Shown: positions 50,351 through 61,063, counted from the stretch's first letter. The stretch: DNA of 64,000 bases from an uncultured bacterium (GCA_963822585.1 CAWGIE010000031.1:64001-128000), one strand, 5' to 3'. Program-made: numbers and translations. The notes: generated by a model not told the origin, from the letters alone.

Positions 50351-52384
50351 CTAACGCAGATAGCCGAGGGCTCGTAACTGTTTCTCCATGCCAGCCGGAT
50401 AGCGGGCCGCCGGGGCGGCGGATTTCGGCCGGTGGATTGTATTTTTCCACCGCTCATACTGCTCCAGAAGATTCCGGGTATCTTCCGGTGCAACCTCGAA
50501 AAGGTTCCTGCTTTCGGCCGGATCGGTGGCAAGGTCGAATATCAACGTCTCGGCGCTGCCCCAAGGGCCATCCCTCTCCGGTAACTGCGGGTCGTATATG
50601 ATTTTCTTCCCGGATTGATCGATATAGGTGAACCCTGCTCGGAATGACCCGTCTTTCTGCGGTTCATCGTCCCGAAGTTCGGCGACGACACCCCGGTTAT
50701 CAGCCATAATCCGGATTATCCTCTCCCGTGCTTCCGGGGCCGCGTAATCTTCCTGGGCCAAAGCGAGAACCATCGGTTTCATCCTTACCTGGGTGACCGG
50801 GGAAAGGATATCCTTCCTTCCGGTCCAGCTTGGACAGGAGACGAGCAGCGGCACCCGGAGGACCGGATCAAAGAGAGTGCGGCCGTGCCCCCAGATATTC
50901 TGTTCCCCGTGCATCTGCCCGTGGTCAGAAGTTAATATAAATATTGTCTTTTCGGTCACCCCGGCCCGGGCAATCAGCATCGCCAGTTCTTTGAAACGGG
51001 AATCAGCGTATCGAACCGAGTTGTCGTACTCCTCCCGGACCGGGTAGGGAGCTACTTCCCGGTCGGTCCGATAATCCTCACCCGGGTAATAACGGTTATG
51101 GACATTCATCCAGTTAAAGAAGATAAACAACGGCTGATTGCGCCGCCGCAGGACCAGCTGTTCACCGACCAGGCGGAGCTGGTATAAATCAATCGAACGT
51201 TTATACCAGCCTTCCATCTCGTGGCGGATAGCATCGATCGCCTGACGAACAAGAAACGGAGAGGGAATCGTCAGCGCCACGGGGAATGGAGGAAAGGGTC
51301 GGGCTCGATAAGGGTCACTGCCCCAGCGCAAGCTCATCCTCCGGACAAAAGGGGCGTAGTAAAAGTCGAACCCTCTATTCAAAGCCAGTACCCACGGGTT
51401 CTCCGTGATCAGAATAGTGCGGTAGCCGAGCCGCTCCAACTCGCCGGCCAGCGAAGAAAATTTTTCATAACCATCGGGGCCGGCCCAGAGGTTATGTTCG
51501 CTGCCATACAACCCGGTGAAGATACTGACGTGGCTGGGGAAAGTGAAGTTGGCGCTGCTGTAGGCCATATGCCAGACCACCCCCTGATCGGCCAGCTTCT
51601 CGGCAAAGGGGGTGGTTGGTTTCTCGCAACCGTAAAGGGACATCCGATCGGCCCGGGTGGCGTCCCATAACGAGATAATCAAATTCGGCCGCTTCTGGAG
51701 CCCTCCGGTCGCGGCCCAGAAAGACCGCGCGAGAGTAACAATCAGGGTTATCGCGAGCAATCCGGCGGCGAGTGAACGGCAGGAGGGGCGCCATCTTCTG
51801 GTCAACACCCAGACAACAATATGGCCGCCGCAAATGAGGAGGACCCAGGCATTGAGCCGCCAGAGATCGGCCAAGGGCCGGCGCAGAACAAGCGCCGTGA
51901 CTCCGATCACGGCGCTGAGGGTGAGCGTCGACGGCCAAGCGATGGAGCTTTGCGGAGATGGGGAACGAAGCACCGCCCGGAGATTAATCAATCCCGCCAC
52001 CAACAACGCCAAAACCCAACCGCCGGTCAGGGTCTGGAGGGGGGGGTGGAAAACAGGATCGTCCCGGATTTCCCAGAGCAGGCGCAGGAAAATCGAACTC
52101 ATATAGATCGCATACGCCGCCGCCAGGAAAAACCAGAAAATCGCGATAGCCCGGCGGTTGGAGGTTAACCTACCCAGCAGCAATCCCAGGATAAGAACCG
52201 GAGCGCAGGTAATCGCGATATGAATCAGGCTATTCAGGGCAATGGCGGGGAAAGGAGAATAAAAAGGGAGCCAGTACACGGGCAGACGAGCAAAAAACGT
52301 ATTCCACAGTAACTCCAGACAAGCCACAATGGCCGGAGGCGCAAAAAACAAGGAGACCGTGAATAGAAAGCGATTCTTGCTCAT
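50351..52384 (-). CDS. Membrane-anchored sulfatase-fold hydrolase/transferase (Thr nucleophile)
   Basis: About 7 N-terminal TMs, DATRAD, TFPSHVSIFTG, HNRY, SDHG, LRVPL, LRALGYLR. Confidence 0.8.
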   Translation of the reverse strand: MSKNRFLFTVSLFFAPPAIVACLELLWNTFFARLPVYWLPFYSPFPAIALNSLIHIAITCAPVLILGLLLGRLTSNRRAIAIFWFFLAAAYAIYMSSIFLRLLWEIRDDPVFHPPLQTLTGGWVLALLVAGLINLRAVLRSPSPQSSIAWPSTLTLSAVIGVTALVLRRPLADLWRLNAWVLLICGGHIVVWVLTRRWRPSCRSLAAGLLAITLIVTLARSFWAATGGLQKRPNLIISLWDATRADRMSLYGCEKPTTPFAEKLADQGVVWHMAYSSANFTFPSHVSIFTGLYGSEHNLWAGPDGYEKFSSLAGELERLGYRTILITENPWVLALNRGFDFYYAPFVRRMSLRWGSDPYRARPFPPFPVALTIPSPFLVRQAIDAIRHEMEGWYKRSIDLYQLRLVGEQLVLRRRNQPLFIFFNWMNVHNRYYPGEDYRTDREVAPYPVREEYDNSVRYADSRFKELAMLIARAGVTEKTIFILTSDHGQMHGEQNIWGHGRTLFDPVLRVPLLVSCPSWTGRKDILSPVTQVRMKPMVLALAQEDYAAPEARERIIRIMADNRGVVAELRDDEPQKDGSFRAGFTYIDQSGKKIIYDPQLPERDGPWGSAETLIFDLATDPAESRNLFEVAPEDTRNLLEQYERWKNTIHRPKSAAPAARYPAGMEKQLRALGYLR

Positions 52385-52393
52385 TCCCCTTCT

Positions 52394-54490
52394 TTAACGC
52401 AGGTATCCGATCGCGCGAAGCTGACGTTCCAGATTCTCGCTTAAACCGGGCTGCCGCCTCGCCCCGCGGACGGCGGGCAGCGTGTCTAAATATTCTTGAT
52501 ATATCTTTTGCATCCGTTTCACGATCTCGGGATGGACATCCGATAAATCCTCTTCCGAGGAGGGGTCGGAGGCGACATTGATGAGAAAGACATCCTGATC
52601 CGGCGGCCAGGAACTGCGGTGGCGTTTCAGTTCGGGGTCGTAAACGAACTGCCAATCCCGATCGAGCACCGTGTAAGACCACCGGAATTCCTCGCTCTCC
52701 TTGTCCTCGAGGTATCCGTACTCGGCGATGGCCTCCCGGGCCGGGGAGAGAACCTCTTCGAACATCGACGATTCTACTCCTCCCCCCCCGGAAGCCACCA
52801 TCTCCGTTAAGTTAAACAGACGCTCCAGGGGAACCGGCGCGGCCACCCGGCGGGGAGAGAGATCGGGATGGATGAAGACCAGGGGCACCCGGATCACCGG
52901 TTCAAACAATCCCTTGTTATGGCCGACCAGGTTATATTCGCCCAGGAATTCCCCATGATCGGAGGTGACGATAAAGAGCGTCCGCGGGAGCTGGCCAAAG
53001 AAATCGGCCAGGCGATAGAGATCCTTAAACCGCTGGTCGGCATATTTCAAGGCAAGGTCGTACTCCCCGGCGAAGTCGTAATCCTCCACCAGCTGACCGT
53101 AATGCCAATCGCCGTAAGGATGGTAGCGGTCGTGGACGTTCATCAGGTTCCAGAAAAGATAGACCGGGCCGGTCCTGCGGGAACGGAGGAACAGTTCGGC
53201 CACCGCCCGGAGTTGAATCCGGTCGAGGGTAAAAGCGTAAAAACCGTCGCGCCAGTAACGGAGCCAGTCCAGGAGCATCAGGCCCGGGAAAGGTTGGGGA
53301 TAGCGGCGCGGGGAGACCCGGGTCCCGATCTCGCAGCCCCCGCCGGGATAAAGATCGGCGTAAAGCGCCGGCTTCTCGAAGAACCTCACCTCGGCAAAGC
53401 CCTTGTCCGCCGCCAGTACCCAGGAATTCTCGGTGAAGAGGACGGGATGATAACCCGCTTCCCGCAGGCGGTCGGCGAGGGTGATCTCTTTCCGGTAACG
53501 CAGCACGTCGGCGCCGTCGCCGAGGTGGTAACCGTGGGCCCGACAACTCACGCCGAGAAAGAGGGAGACGTGACTGGGATAGGTATAGTTGGCGGGAGAG
53601 TAAACCCGGTCGAAGACCAGCGAGCGGGGGCTTAACTTTTCCAGGAAAGGGGTGGTCGGTTCCTGGTAACCGTAAGCCGACAACCGGCTGGCGCGGGCCG
53701 CGTCCCAGAGAGAGACGATGACATGGGGCCGGGTATCCCGAGAGGGAAAACTGTAGTAAATCGTCAGGATCGCCGTTGCCGCGGCGGCAGCCAAAACAGT
53801 AAACCGGGCCAGACGGGAGACCTGCCATCCTCGCCGGCGGGCGACAAACCCGAGCAGGACCGTTCCCAGCGCTATCGCCGCCAGACCAATCAGGTGGGGA
53901 CGAAGCAGAACCAGACTGGAGGTCAAAGGCAGGGGCAGTTGGGTGGTGGCCATCGACCGGTTGTAAACCAGCGCCCATACCGCGCTGAAGACCAACGCCA
54001 GAAGGCCGAGTTTCCTCCCGTCCGCCGCCCAAAGTTCCGGCGGACGGCGGCGACAGGCAAAAACCACCGCGATCGCCATCAGGGCGGCCAGGAGGGGGAG
54101 AACCAGAATTAATAGATCATTCTTCGGGGCGGGCGGAGCGAAAAAGCGAAAAAGCCCCCGGCGCACCGTTACATCAACCAGAACCGTCGCCAGGAGAGAT
54201 TCCAGGATCAGGAGCATCGAAACCTGGCCGCCGCGATGCCAGGCCACCGATCCCCGGAATAAAATTCTCAGCGCTTCCACCAGGACTCCGGCCAAAAGAA
54301 AAAGCGCGACCCAGAACAATACTTCCAGGGCCGCGGAAGCGGGGATGGTTAAAAATGGCCAGATTGGGAACAGAAAATATACCGGGAATCGTCCGAATAG
54401 ACTGTTAAAAACTACGATCCCGCCTGCGAAAATCAGCCCGAAAGCTCCCCATTCTTTTATATAGACAATTCCGGAGGAAACAGGTCTCAT
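52394..54490 (-). CDS. Membrane-anchored sulfatase-fold hydrolase/transferase (Thr nucleophile)
   Basis: N-terminal TMs, DAARAS, TYPSHVSLF, HDRY, SDHGE, LRAIGYLR; probable start ATG 54490. Confidence 0.8.
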   Translation of the reverse strand: MRPVSSGIVYIKEWGAFGLIFAGGIVVFNSLFGRFPVYFLFPIWPFLTIPASAALEVLFWVALFLLAGVLVEALRILFRGSVAWHRGGQVSMLLILESLLATVLVDVTVRRGLFRFFAPPAPKNDLLILVLPLLAALMAIAVVFACRRRPPELWAADGRKLGLLALVFSAVWALVYNRSMATTQLPLPLTSSLVLLRPHLIGLAAIALGTVLLGFVARRRGWQVSRLARFTVLAAAAATAILTIYYSFPSRDTRPHVIVSLWDAARASRLSAYGYQEPTTPFLEKLSPRSLVFDRVYSPANYTYPSHVSLFLGVSCRAHGYHLGDGADVLRYRKEITLADRLREAGYHPVLFTENSWVLAADKGFAEVRFFEKPALYADLYPGGGCEIGTRVSPRRYPQPFPGLMLLDWLRYWRDGFYAFTLDRIQLRAVAELFLRSRRTGPVYLFWNLMNVHDRYHPYGDWHYGQLVEDYDFAGEYDLALKYADQRFKDLYRLADFFGQLPRTLFIVTSDHGEFLGEYNLVGHNKGLFEPVIRVPLVFIHPDLSPRRVAAPVPLERLFNLTEMVASGGGGVESSMFEEVLSPAREAIAEYGYLEDKESEEFRWSYTVLDRDWQFVYDPELKRHRSSWPPDQDVFLINVASDPSSEEDLSDVHPEIVKRMQKIYQEYLDTLPAVRGARRQPGLSENLERQLRAIGYLR

Positions 54491-54535
54491 CGGAGTTTTC
54501 CCTTGATGGTATTGTTTCGTCAAGACACCGTCATT

Positions 54536-54703
54536 CAGATTGTGTCGCAATTGCTATTCTCGACGATTTTACTGTCATCGCGAGGAGCGCAGCGACGAAG
54601 CGATCTCAACCCGTTGGGAAACAGCATCTTTTGTTCGCGAATTGAGATCGCTTCGCCCCCTATGGGGCTCGCGATGACATTTTGGAGGTTGTGACACAGC
54701 CTC
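54536..54703. mobile_element. RPE-like hairpin (54573-54679) within an imperfect outer IR, followed by a degenerate second copy
   Basis: Core tgtcatcgcgag...gaagcgatctcaa...ttgagatcgcttcg...ctcgcgatgaca; outer arms tgtgtcgcaa / ttgtgacaca. Confidence 0.7.
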
Positions 54704-54904
54704 ATTGCGAACCCCAATTTATCGAAGCGAAGCAATCTCTTCTGAAGCAACAGATTAAGATTGCCCCCCTCGCTTCGTTTGGGAAACTCGAAGATGACAG
54801 TATGGCAAATGCTTACCGGGGAACCAACAAGAATCTAAAAGAACTCGTAAACTAATACATGGCCGGAGTAGTATCTGCACCAAATTGTTCCCGGTTTTCC
54901 GTTA

Positions 54905-57469
54905 TCAAAGATCAAGCCGACCGGCTGCTTTTCCGGAATCGATCCTCCGCCGGCAGAGCAACAGAAATACCGCGGCCGCCACCCCGGTCAGGAAGAACCA
55001 ACGTCCCACCCTGACGGCGACGGGGCAAAACTCCATCTTAACTTTGTGGGAACCCGCCTCCAGCCAGATTCCGCGCTGGATATAATTTACCCGGTGGATC
55101 GTTACTTCCCGGCCGTTGTCGGTCGCCCGCCAGTCCGGATGCCAGGCATCGGTTATAACCAGCATCGCCGGATAGGTGACCTCCAGATCAAGCTCCACCC
55201 GATTGGGATTGGAGAAGTCAGAACGGATGAGGCGGTTGGCTTCCTGGAGCCGGGAAAAATATTTCACCGGATGTTCCGTCGAGAATCGCACATCCCTCCC
55301 GACCAGATAACGGCGGGCTGTCTCATCATCGGTATCGATCACCACCACCTCGCGAAGCTCCCGGTTGATCAGGGCCTGGCACTGTTCTTCTTCTCCGGCC
55401 GCTTCCAACCTATCCAGGGTGAAAACCCGCGGCTGAGGATACGCAACGCGGAAGAGGTAGAGACCGAATTCGGGCGCGGACGCCACATGCACCCAGTCCT
55501 CCTCCGGAGGTTGGGGGCGATCGTACCACCAGTACCCAACCGACATATTCCGGACAAAAGGAATGGTTGAGTCACGCAGAGCTGTCTGGTAAGGCATCCC
55601 GCTGGATATCTCGCTGAGGGTGTGATACATCCGCGGGATCATTGGTTTAACCCCGCTTCCCAGCAGGCTGTAACTCCCGTAGATGAGCCCAGCGGTGTCG
55701 GCAAAAACTCTAGAGTAGCCTGTTCGGAATAGTGGTCCCGGATCGTACTGAGAGGCCAGCGCCATAAAGCGGAACAGGTTGTTAGCCTCCGGCCCGAAAC
55801 TCTCCTTCTTCTCGGACGTCGAAACATTCCCCCAAAAACGGTATGTATCCCAATAGGCACTTCGAAATAACCCCGCCAGGAAGAGGATCACAACCGCCTT
55901 AGCGATCCAGCGGGGGCGCCACCAAATCCCTATCACAAAAAGCAGCACTACACAGACCAGCCAGTATAGAAATGGAGCCTTGAGCACCCCCTCCCAGACG
56001 ACTCTCTCCCAGTATCCGTTCGGGAGCATAACCCCGGCCAGGGGCACCAGAGTTGCCAGGAAGAGGTAAACGATAACCCGCATTCTGGTTATCACAACTC
56101 GGCCGGCTCCGGGACCTAAAATCCGGCTTACTCCGATCCCGGTCAATATTGATAACCCCATCGTGTAGAAAGTGTGCCACCTGGTGGCGTAGGGAACCCG
56201 GAAAAAAGGCCCCAGTTGATAAAGCCAGCCGAAAGCCGGGGAAAATCGCCCCGCCATCAGGAAGATACTCAGCACTATTAACCCGGCGGCGGCCCAAGTC
56301 CAAAGCGAATACCGGACACCATCCTTTCCCGGGGACGGAACGCCGGGCCACGGTTCCTCTGCTTCAGTGGAATCAGTTAGGGGTTCGGCCCTAACCGGAG
56401 ATCTGATCCGTTTGCACCAAGAAGCCGCGGCGGTCCAGATAGCCAGAAAAGTCGGGAACCATATCAGCATTCCCCGGGTAAGACGGGCTTCATTCCAGAT
56501 CATTTCGTAGTCGTGGGCCACGCCCCAATAATTCAAATGGGTAAAGTTGGTTTTCCCAAAAAGTTCGGGAACAAAGATGGTGACCAGCCATCGCCAGGGC
56601 AAACTTCGAGGGCCGGAAGTAAGCAATCGATAGTCAGTCTTGAGAGTGGCCTCAATGTAGTGCCAGCTCTCAATCGCGGCCAACCAGAAAGGGGCGGAGA
56701 GAAGAAGACCGATTAAGCCCATAGCTAACAGGCCAGCCAACAATTTAAGGACCGAAGCTCTCCCCTCTTCTTTCCATCTCAGCCCCAACAGGATCAATCC
56801 AAAATACGCGGCCAGGATCAGGCCGTGGATAGTATTGGCGGTCCAGGTGGGGGCTCCCATGGCCAACACTACCGCCCCGAAGATGATCCAGGCGGTCCGT
56901 CGCTTCCGAGCGTAAAGCAGAACTGCTGCAACCAGCCAGGGTTGCCATGGCATACTAATGGCCTCAACAGGGTCCCCAATACCTCCGAGCTGGGAGGTGC
57001 TGAAGGCAAAGAGCAAGGCTGCCATCGCGGCGCCCGGCCGGGAAAATTTCAATCCCCATCGACCCAAAACGTAAGCCCCCAGCGCTCCCCAGAGGATATG
57101 GGCAATGATTGGAATAATAATCAGATCCCGCAAGGATCGGGTTGAAGGAGAGATCGCCCCCCAGAGGCCAAAGAACCATTGCACCGGATAGAAAGCATAA
57201 TCTTCCTGCCGGAGGTAGAAAGGTTGTCCGCCGGCGTGGGTATGAGGGTCCCACAAAGGGATAATGCCCTGCTGGAGACACCTGGCCTGGAAGATCTGAT
57301 TAGGGAAATAATGAATTGCCACATCATCTAAGAATATGCCATGCCATCCGAGAAGGATCGGAAGGAGAAAGAGGAAGACAGCCAGCAACAGACCGGCCAG
57401 CCACATAGACTCCCGGGTCCAGTAATATCGCCTATTCTTCATAATCGCATCGGAAGATTTTCTATGCAT
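54905..57469 (-). CDS. YfhO-family multi-pass membrane protein (GT-C-like)
   Basis: IFLDD, IPLWDP, LVITDAWHPDWRA...RVNYIQRGI; paralog of 2903 and 5721. Confidence 0.85.
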   Translation of the reverse strand: MHRKSSDAIMKNRRYYWTRESMWLAGLLLAVFLFLLPILLGWHGIFLDDVAIHYFPNQIFQARCLQQGIIPLWDPHTHAGGQPFYLRQEDYAFYPVQWFFGLWGAISPSTRSLRDLIIIPIIAHILWGALGAYVLGRWGLKFSRPGAAMAALLFAFSTSQLGGIGDPVEAISMPWQPWLVAAVLLYARKRRTAWIIFGAVVLAMGAPTWTANTIHGLILAAYFGLILLGLRWKEEGRASVLKLLAGLLAMGLIGLLLSAPFWLAAIESWHYIEATLKTDYRLLTSGPRSLPWRWLVTIFVPELFGKTNFTHLNYWGVAHDYEMIWNEARLTRGMLIWFPTFLAIWTAAASWCKRIRSPVRAEPLTDSTEAEEPWPGVPSPGKDGVRYSLWTWAAAGLIVLSIFLMAGRFSPAFGWLYQLGPFFRVPYATRWHTFYTMGLSILTGIGVSRILGPGAGRVVITRMRVIVYLFLATLVPLAGVMLPNGYWERVVWEGVLKAPFLYWLVCVVLLFVIGIWWRPRWIAKAVVILFLAGLFRSAYWDTYRFWGNVSTSEKKESFGPEANNLFRFMALASQYDPGPLFRTGYSRVFADTAGLIYGSYSLLGSGVKPMIPRMYHTLSEISSGMPYQTALRDSTIPFVRNMSVGYWWYDRPQPPEEDWVHVASAPEFGLYLFRVAYPQPRVFTLDRLEAAGEEEQCQALINRELREVVVIDTDDETARRYLVGRDVRFSTEHPVKYFSRLQEANRLIRSDFSNPNRVELDLEVTYPAMLVITDAWHPDWRATDNGREVTIHRVNYIQRGIWLEAGSHKVKMEFCPVAVRVGRWFFLTGVAAAVFLLLCRRRIDSGKAAGRLDL

Positions 57470-57601
57470 CGGAATCTAACACAAATTGCCCGATTTTGCT
57501 CGATCTTGAGGTGAATAAACTGAAATAGCGAGGGTATCTGTCATACCTCCTGGATTTGCCGGGGGATGATTTTTCAGGGCAGATAGTTGATTACGCCAAA
57601 T

Positions 57602-58579
57602 TTACGGCAATAGACTGGCCAGGTGATTGATCATTTTCCGGCGGACGAGATCGCCGACCAGGGCCGCCCCGATGACCAGCGGCCAGGAAACCGATGGAAC
57701 ATCACAATCGCGGCAGACAGGGTGTTCCCGGTATTTCTTCCGGACGTGCAGTTCCCGGACTGCGGCCAGGGTATCGCCAGTGAATATCTCCCCCAGCGGC
57801 CGCTTGTTGGCGTTGCCCATCTTCGTCCTGCCCTCGATCTCCAGGCAGCAGAGCGGGACCGTCCCGTCCCAGTGAACGGCTAGGGAGGTCCAGAGAAAGA
57901 GGCAGGGACGGTGAGCCGGATGGGCGGGGGGAGGGCCGCAGGACCCGGCGAAATTGAGCATCGGCTTGATATGAACGGCGTCCGCCCCCCTCCCCCGCCA
58001 GCGTTTCAGGAATGCTGCGGCCTCATGGACGTTCTCCTGGGTCCGGACGAACTGGATCTGGATATAAGGCCGGTCTCTCCGGCCCGCCGCCAACTTGAGA
58101 AAACGCTCGGTATTGATCACCGCCCGGTCAAAATCCCCCCCCGGTTTGAGCCGGCGATAGGTCTCCCCGGTGGCCGCATCAATACTGAAAGTGATCGATC
58201 CCAGACCCGCCGCCAGGACTTCCCGGGCGAGTGACTCGTCCATCATCAGGGCGTTGGTCTCCAGCATCGCGTTGACCCCCCGCCGGCGGCAGGCTTCCAC
58301 GCACTCGGGCCAGCGGGGGTGGAGAAACGGCTCGCCGTCGAAGGAGAGATCGACCGTGTCCACAGAGGGGGCCGCCTGTTCCAGCAGGCTCTCGAGCAAT
58401 TCCAGCGGCATCTCGCCCTTTTTCTTGAGGCTTTTCCGATGGGGGCAGAAAGAACAGTCAAGGTTGCAGCGATTGGTAATACCCAGCTGGAGTTCCAGGG
58501 GAAAAGCCTCAAAACGAGGACGACGGAGCAGGTAGGCCCCGACTACCTGGAACCGGTTGCGGAGATTGCGCGGCATCAC
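57602..58579 (-). CDS. Radical SAM protein with SPASM/twitch domain
   Basis: CNLDCSFC, GEP, FSIDA, PC...DGTVPLCC...CRDC. Confidence 0.9.
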   Translation of the reverse strand: MMPRNLRNRFQVVGAYLLRRPRFEAFPLELQLGITNRCNLDCSFCPHRKSLKKKGEMPLELLESLLEQAAPSVDTVDLSFDGEPFLHPRWPECVEACRRRGVNAMLETNALMMDESLAREVLAAGLGSITFSIDAATGETYRRLKPGGDFDRAVINTERFLKLAAGRRDRPYIQIQFVRTQENVHEAAAFLKRWRGRGADAVHIKPMLNFAGSCGPPPAHPAHRPCLFLWTSLAVHWDGTVPLCCLEIEGRTKMGNANKRPLGEIFTGDTLAAVRELHVRKKYREHPVCRDCDVPSVSWPLVIGAALVGDLVRRKMINHLASLLP

Positions 58580-59613
58580 TTACCCCCTCCACCCGGTGGA
58601 CGATGGCGGGACACTATCCACCACAGTCCCCGGATAAAACCGAGGGCGATGGCTATGTGGAGGACTTGGAGAGCAAAAAACCCGTAAACGGGCATCAGCC
58701 AACCGTACTGCCCGGCGGTAAAACGGAAAAAATTCCACTCCAGGACGATCTGGATCAGCCAGACCGGGATCGCCAGTAATGCCAGCGGGGAAATGAAAAT
58801 TCCGGTGAGCAGAGCGGCCAGGGCGAGAACGGTCAGGAGACAGGAGGAAGCGGCGCCGGGTGTCCCGACCGCCCCGGCGGACTCAAACTTTTTCCGGCGC
58901 AGGAATAACCTCACCCAGCGCGCGGTCCGGTTGAAAAGAACCTGGCAGCGCTCTCCCAGCGTCTTATAGTGGTGGTTATAGGAAGCCGACCGGAGAAGAA
59001 GGTGGCCGTAGCCCCGGGCTTCCAGTTCGTGGGCCATCTGGAACTCCTCCATCCCCACCCCGGTGTACCGCTCGGAGAATCCCCCCAGTTCATCAAAGGC
59101 GGATTTCCGGATCGCCCCGCATTCCGACTGGATCGAGGAGAAGTTACGTTCTTTCTCGCCCTCGCTCCAGTGGTATCCCCAGGCTGAGCGCAGCCCGACA
59201 AAATGTGAACTCCAGGAGGAACTGAGGTTTCCGGGGAGCGGATAGGCTCCGACGGCGTAAATATCCGGCCGGTCGTCAAGAGTCACGACCATCGCCGTCA
59301 GGCTTCCCGGCGTGGGGACGATATCCGCGTCAACAAAGATCAGGATCACCGCCTCAACAGCCACCGCCCCGGCGTTCCGGGCTCCGGCAACCCCCCGATT
59401 CTCCTCCAGGCAAAGCACCCGTGCCCCCCGATCCCGGGCCACCCGGGCCGAATCGTCGGTGGAAGCGTCATCGACCACGATTATCTCCCAGCCTTGGGAG
59501 CGGACTTCCGGCAGAATAACATCCAGGCAGGCGTCGAGAGTTTCGGCGTCGTTATGCACCGGGATAATGACGGCCGCGCCGGGTCTGGTAGGGACGGATA
59601 TTTCCGGTTTCAT
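58576..59613 (-). CDS. GT2 glycosyltransferase with C-terminal TM helices
   Basis: IIPVHN, VVDDASTD, ARN.G, FVDAD, GGF.E. Confidence 0.88.
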   Translation of the reverse strand: MKPEISVPTRPGAAVIIPVHNDAETLDACLDVILPEVRSQGWEIIVVDDASTDDSARVARDRGARVLCLEENRGVAGARNAGAVAVEAVILIFVDADIVPTPGSLTAMVVTLDDRPDIYAVGAYPLPGNLSSSWSSHFVGLRSAWGYHWSEGEKERNFSSIQSECGAIRKSAFDELGGFSERYTGVGMEEFQMAHELEARGYGHLLLRSASYNHHYKTLGERCQVLFNRTARWVRLFLRRKKFESAGAVGTPGAASSCLLTVLALAALLTGIFISPLALLAIPVWLIQIVLEWNFFRFTAGQYGWLMPVYGFFALQVLHIAIALGFIRGLWWIVSRHRPPGGGGK

Positions 59614-59617
59614 CTTT

Positions 59618-61063
59618 TCAGGTTCTCCATCGGTCGGCCCGGCGGTATTGGCGGTTGGTGTACCAGCGGTAGAGGGCGCCTTCCAGGTAAAACCTAAACC
59701 ATCGGCGGCGCCAGCGGAAGAGCGCCAGGTAGTGGGCGATCCGGTAGGCCCAGCGGAAACGATCGAGGTCGCCCAGCATATGCTCGTAGCGGAAGGCCAA
59801 AAAGGAGATCAGGTAGACGTTCTTGTAAAGCGGCCTCCCCTTCAGCCAGGGGGTGTGGAGCCGGTCCATCGTGAAGCGGCTCCAGTCGGCCAGGCGGTCC
59901 GGGGGACGGAACCCTTTCTCGACCGACTCGTCGAAGAGCCCCGTCCCCGGCAGCGGGGCGTAGGGTTGGATCACAATCTCGGCCCCCGGGTGGAGGCGAT
60001 GGAGGTCGTCGGCGTAATCAAGCACCGCGGCGGCGTCTTCCTCCTCCTCTCCCGGGAAACCGATCATCAGGGAGTAGGTGCTGATGATCTTCGAGCACCG
60101 CATAATCTCCACCCCGCGGTCGATATCGGCCCGGTTAATTCCCTTCCCGATATACCTCAATACCCGGTCGAGGGGGGACTCGAGGCCGAAGAAGAGCCAC
60201 TGGCAGCCGACTTTTTCAAAATCGCCTATCAACTCCCGGTCGATGCAGTTGATCCGGGGGCTGGCCGACCACTTCAAGCCCAATCCGGACATCACCGGGA
60301 TAAGGTCCCGCAGGAACGACTTCTCCCCCCCCATACTGTCGTCGTAGAAGAAGAGGTTGTCGGCGCCGAGCCGGACCAGCTCTTCCAGTTCCTTCCGCAC
60401 CAGCCCCGGGGATTTGCGCCGGCATTTCCGGTCGTGGTAGAAGGCGTTATAACAGAAGCGGCAATTATAGGGGCAGCCGCGGGACATTTGGTAGCCGACC
60501 GTGGGGAATGAGGCCTCAGGGCGGAAGTAACGGGGGAGCAGTTCGGCCGCCTTGCCCTGGTAAGGAAACGGTAATTCCTCGACGTCAAGGAAAGGGCGGG
60601 GAGGGTTGATCCGGGGGGCTCCGGAAGAATCTTGCCAGGCCAGGCCGGGGATGTCTTCGAGGTGGGGCCGGCCGGAACGGAGGGATTGGCATAATTCATA
60701 AACCGTCTCCTCCCCTTCCTTGATCACCACGAAGTCGATCCCCGGTTCGGCCAGGGTCTGTTCCGGGCACATACTGGGATGGACGCCCCCCCAGACCACC
60801 GGGACGGAGGGGAGCCGCTTCCTGACCGCGGCCGTCAGGGCCAGGCCGCGGAGGATCTGGAAGGAGGTCAGGGAACTGACCCCGATCAACTCCGGTGTCC
60901 TCGCCAGGGCCGCCTCCAGTTCCGCCGGCGACTGCACCCGCTCGTCGTAATACTCGACCTCGATTCCCCGTTTCTCCAGGTAGGTTCCCACCGTGAAGAC
61001 CGCCAGCGGGGTCATCGCGTGGTAGGGGAAGGGACTGGGGTTGGGGAAGATGAGCAGGATCAT
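59618..61063 (-). CDS. B12-binding domain radical SAM protein
   Basis: TPLAV, WGGVHPS, KEGE, SRGCPYNCRFC, FYDD, FGLES, PLPGT. Confidence 0.92.
   Translation of the reverse strand: MILLIFPNPSPFPYHAMTPLAVFTVGTYLEKRGIEVEYYDERVQSPAELEAALARTPELIGVSSLTSFQILRGLALTAAVRKRLPSVPVVWGGVHPSMCPEQTLAEPGIDFVVIKEGEETVYELCQSLRSGRPHLEDIPGLAWQDSSGAPRINPPRPFLDVEELPFPYQGKAAELLPRYFRPEASFPTVGYQMSRGCPYNCRFCYNAFYHDRKCRRKSPGLVRKELEELVRLGADNLFFYDDSMGGEKSFLRDLIPVMSGLGLKWSASPRINCIDRELIGDFEKVGCQWLFFGLESPLDRVLRYIGKGINRADIDRGVEIMRCSKIISTYSLMIGFPGEEEEDAAAVLDYADDLHRLHPGAEIVIQPYAPLPGTGLFDESVEKGFRPPDRLADWSRFTMDRLHTPWLKGRPLYKNVYLISFLAFRYEHMLGDLDRFRWAYRIAHYLALFRWRRRWFRFYLEGALYRWYTNRQYRRADRWRT

Noticed and set aside
10307..61063. 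Hopanoid (hpn), bacteriochlorophyll (bchE) or ladderane cluster
   Set aside because: No squalene-hopene cyclase, photosynthesis or fatty-acid synthesis genes in the window, so gene symbols were withheld.
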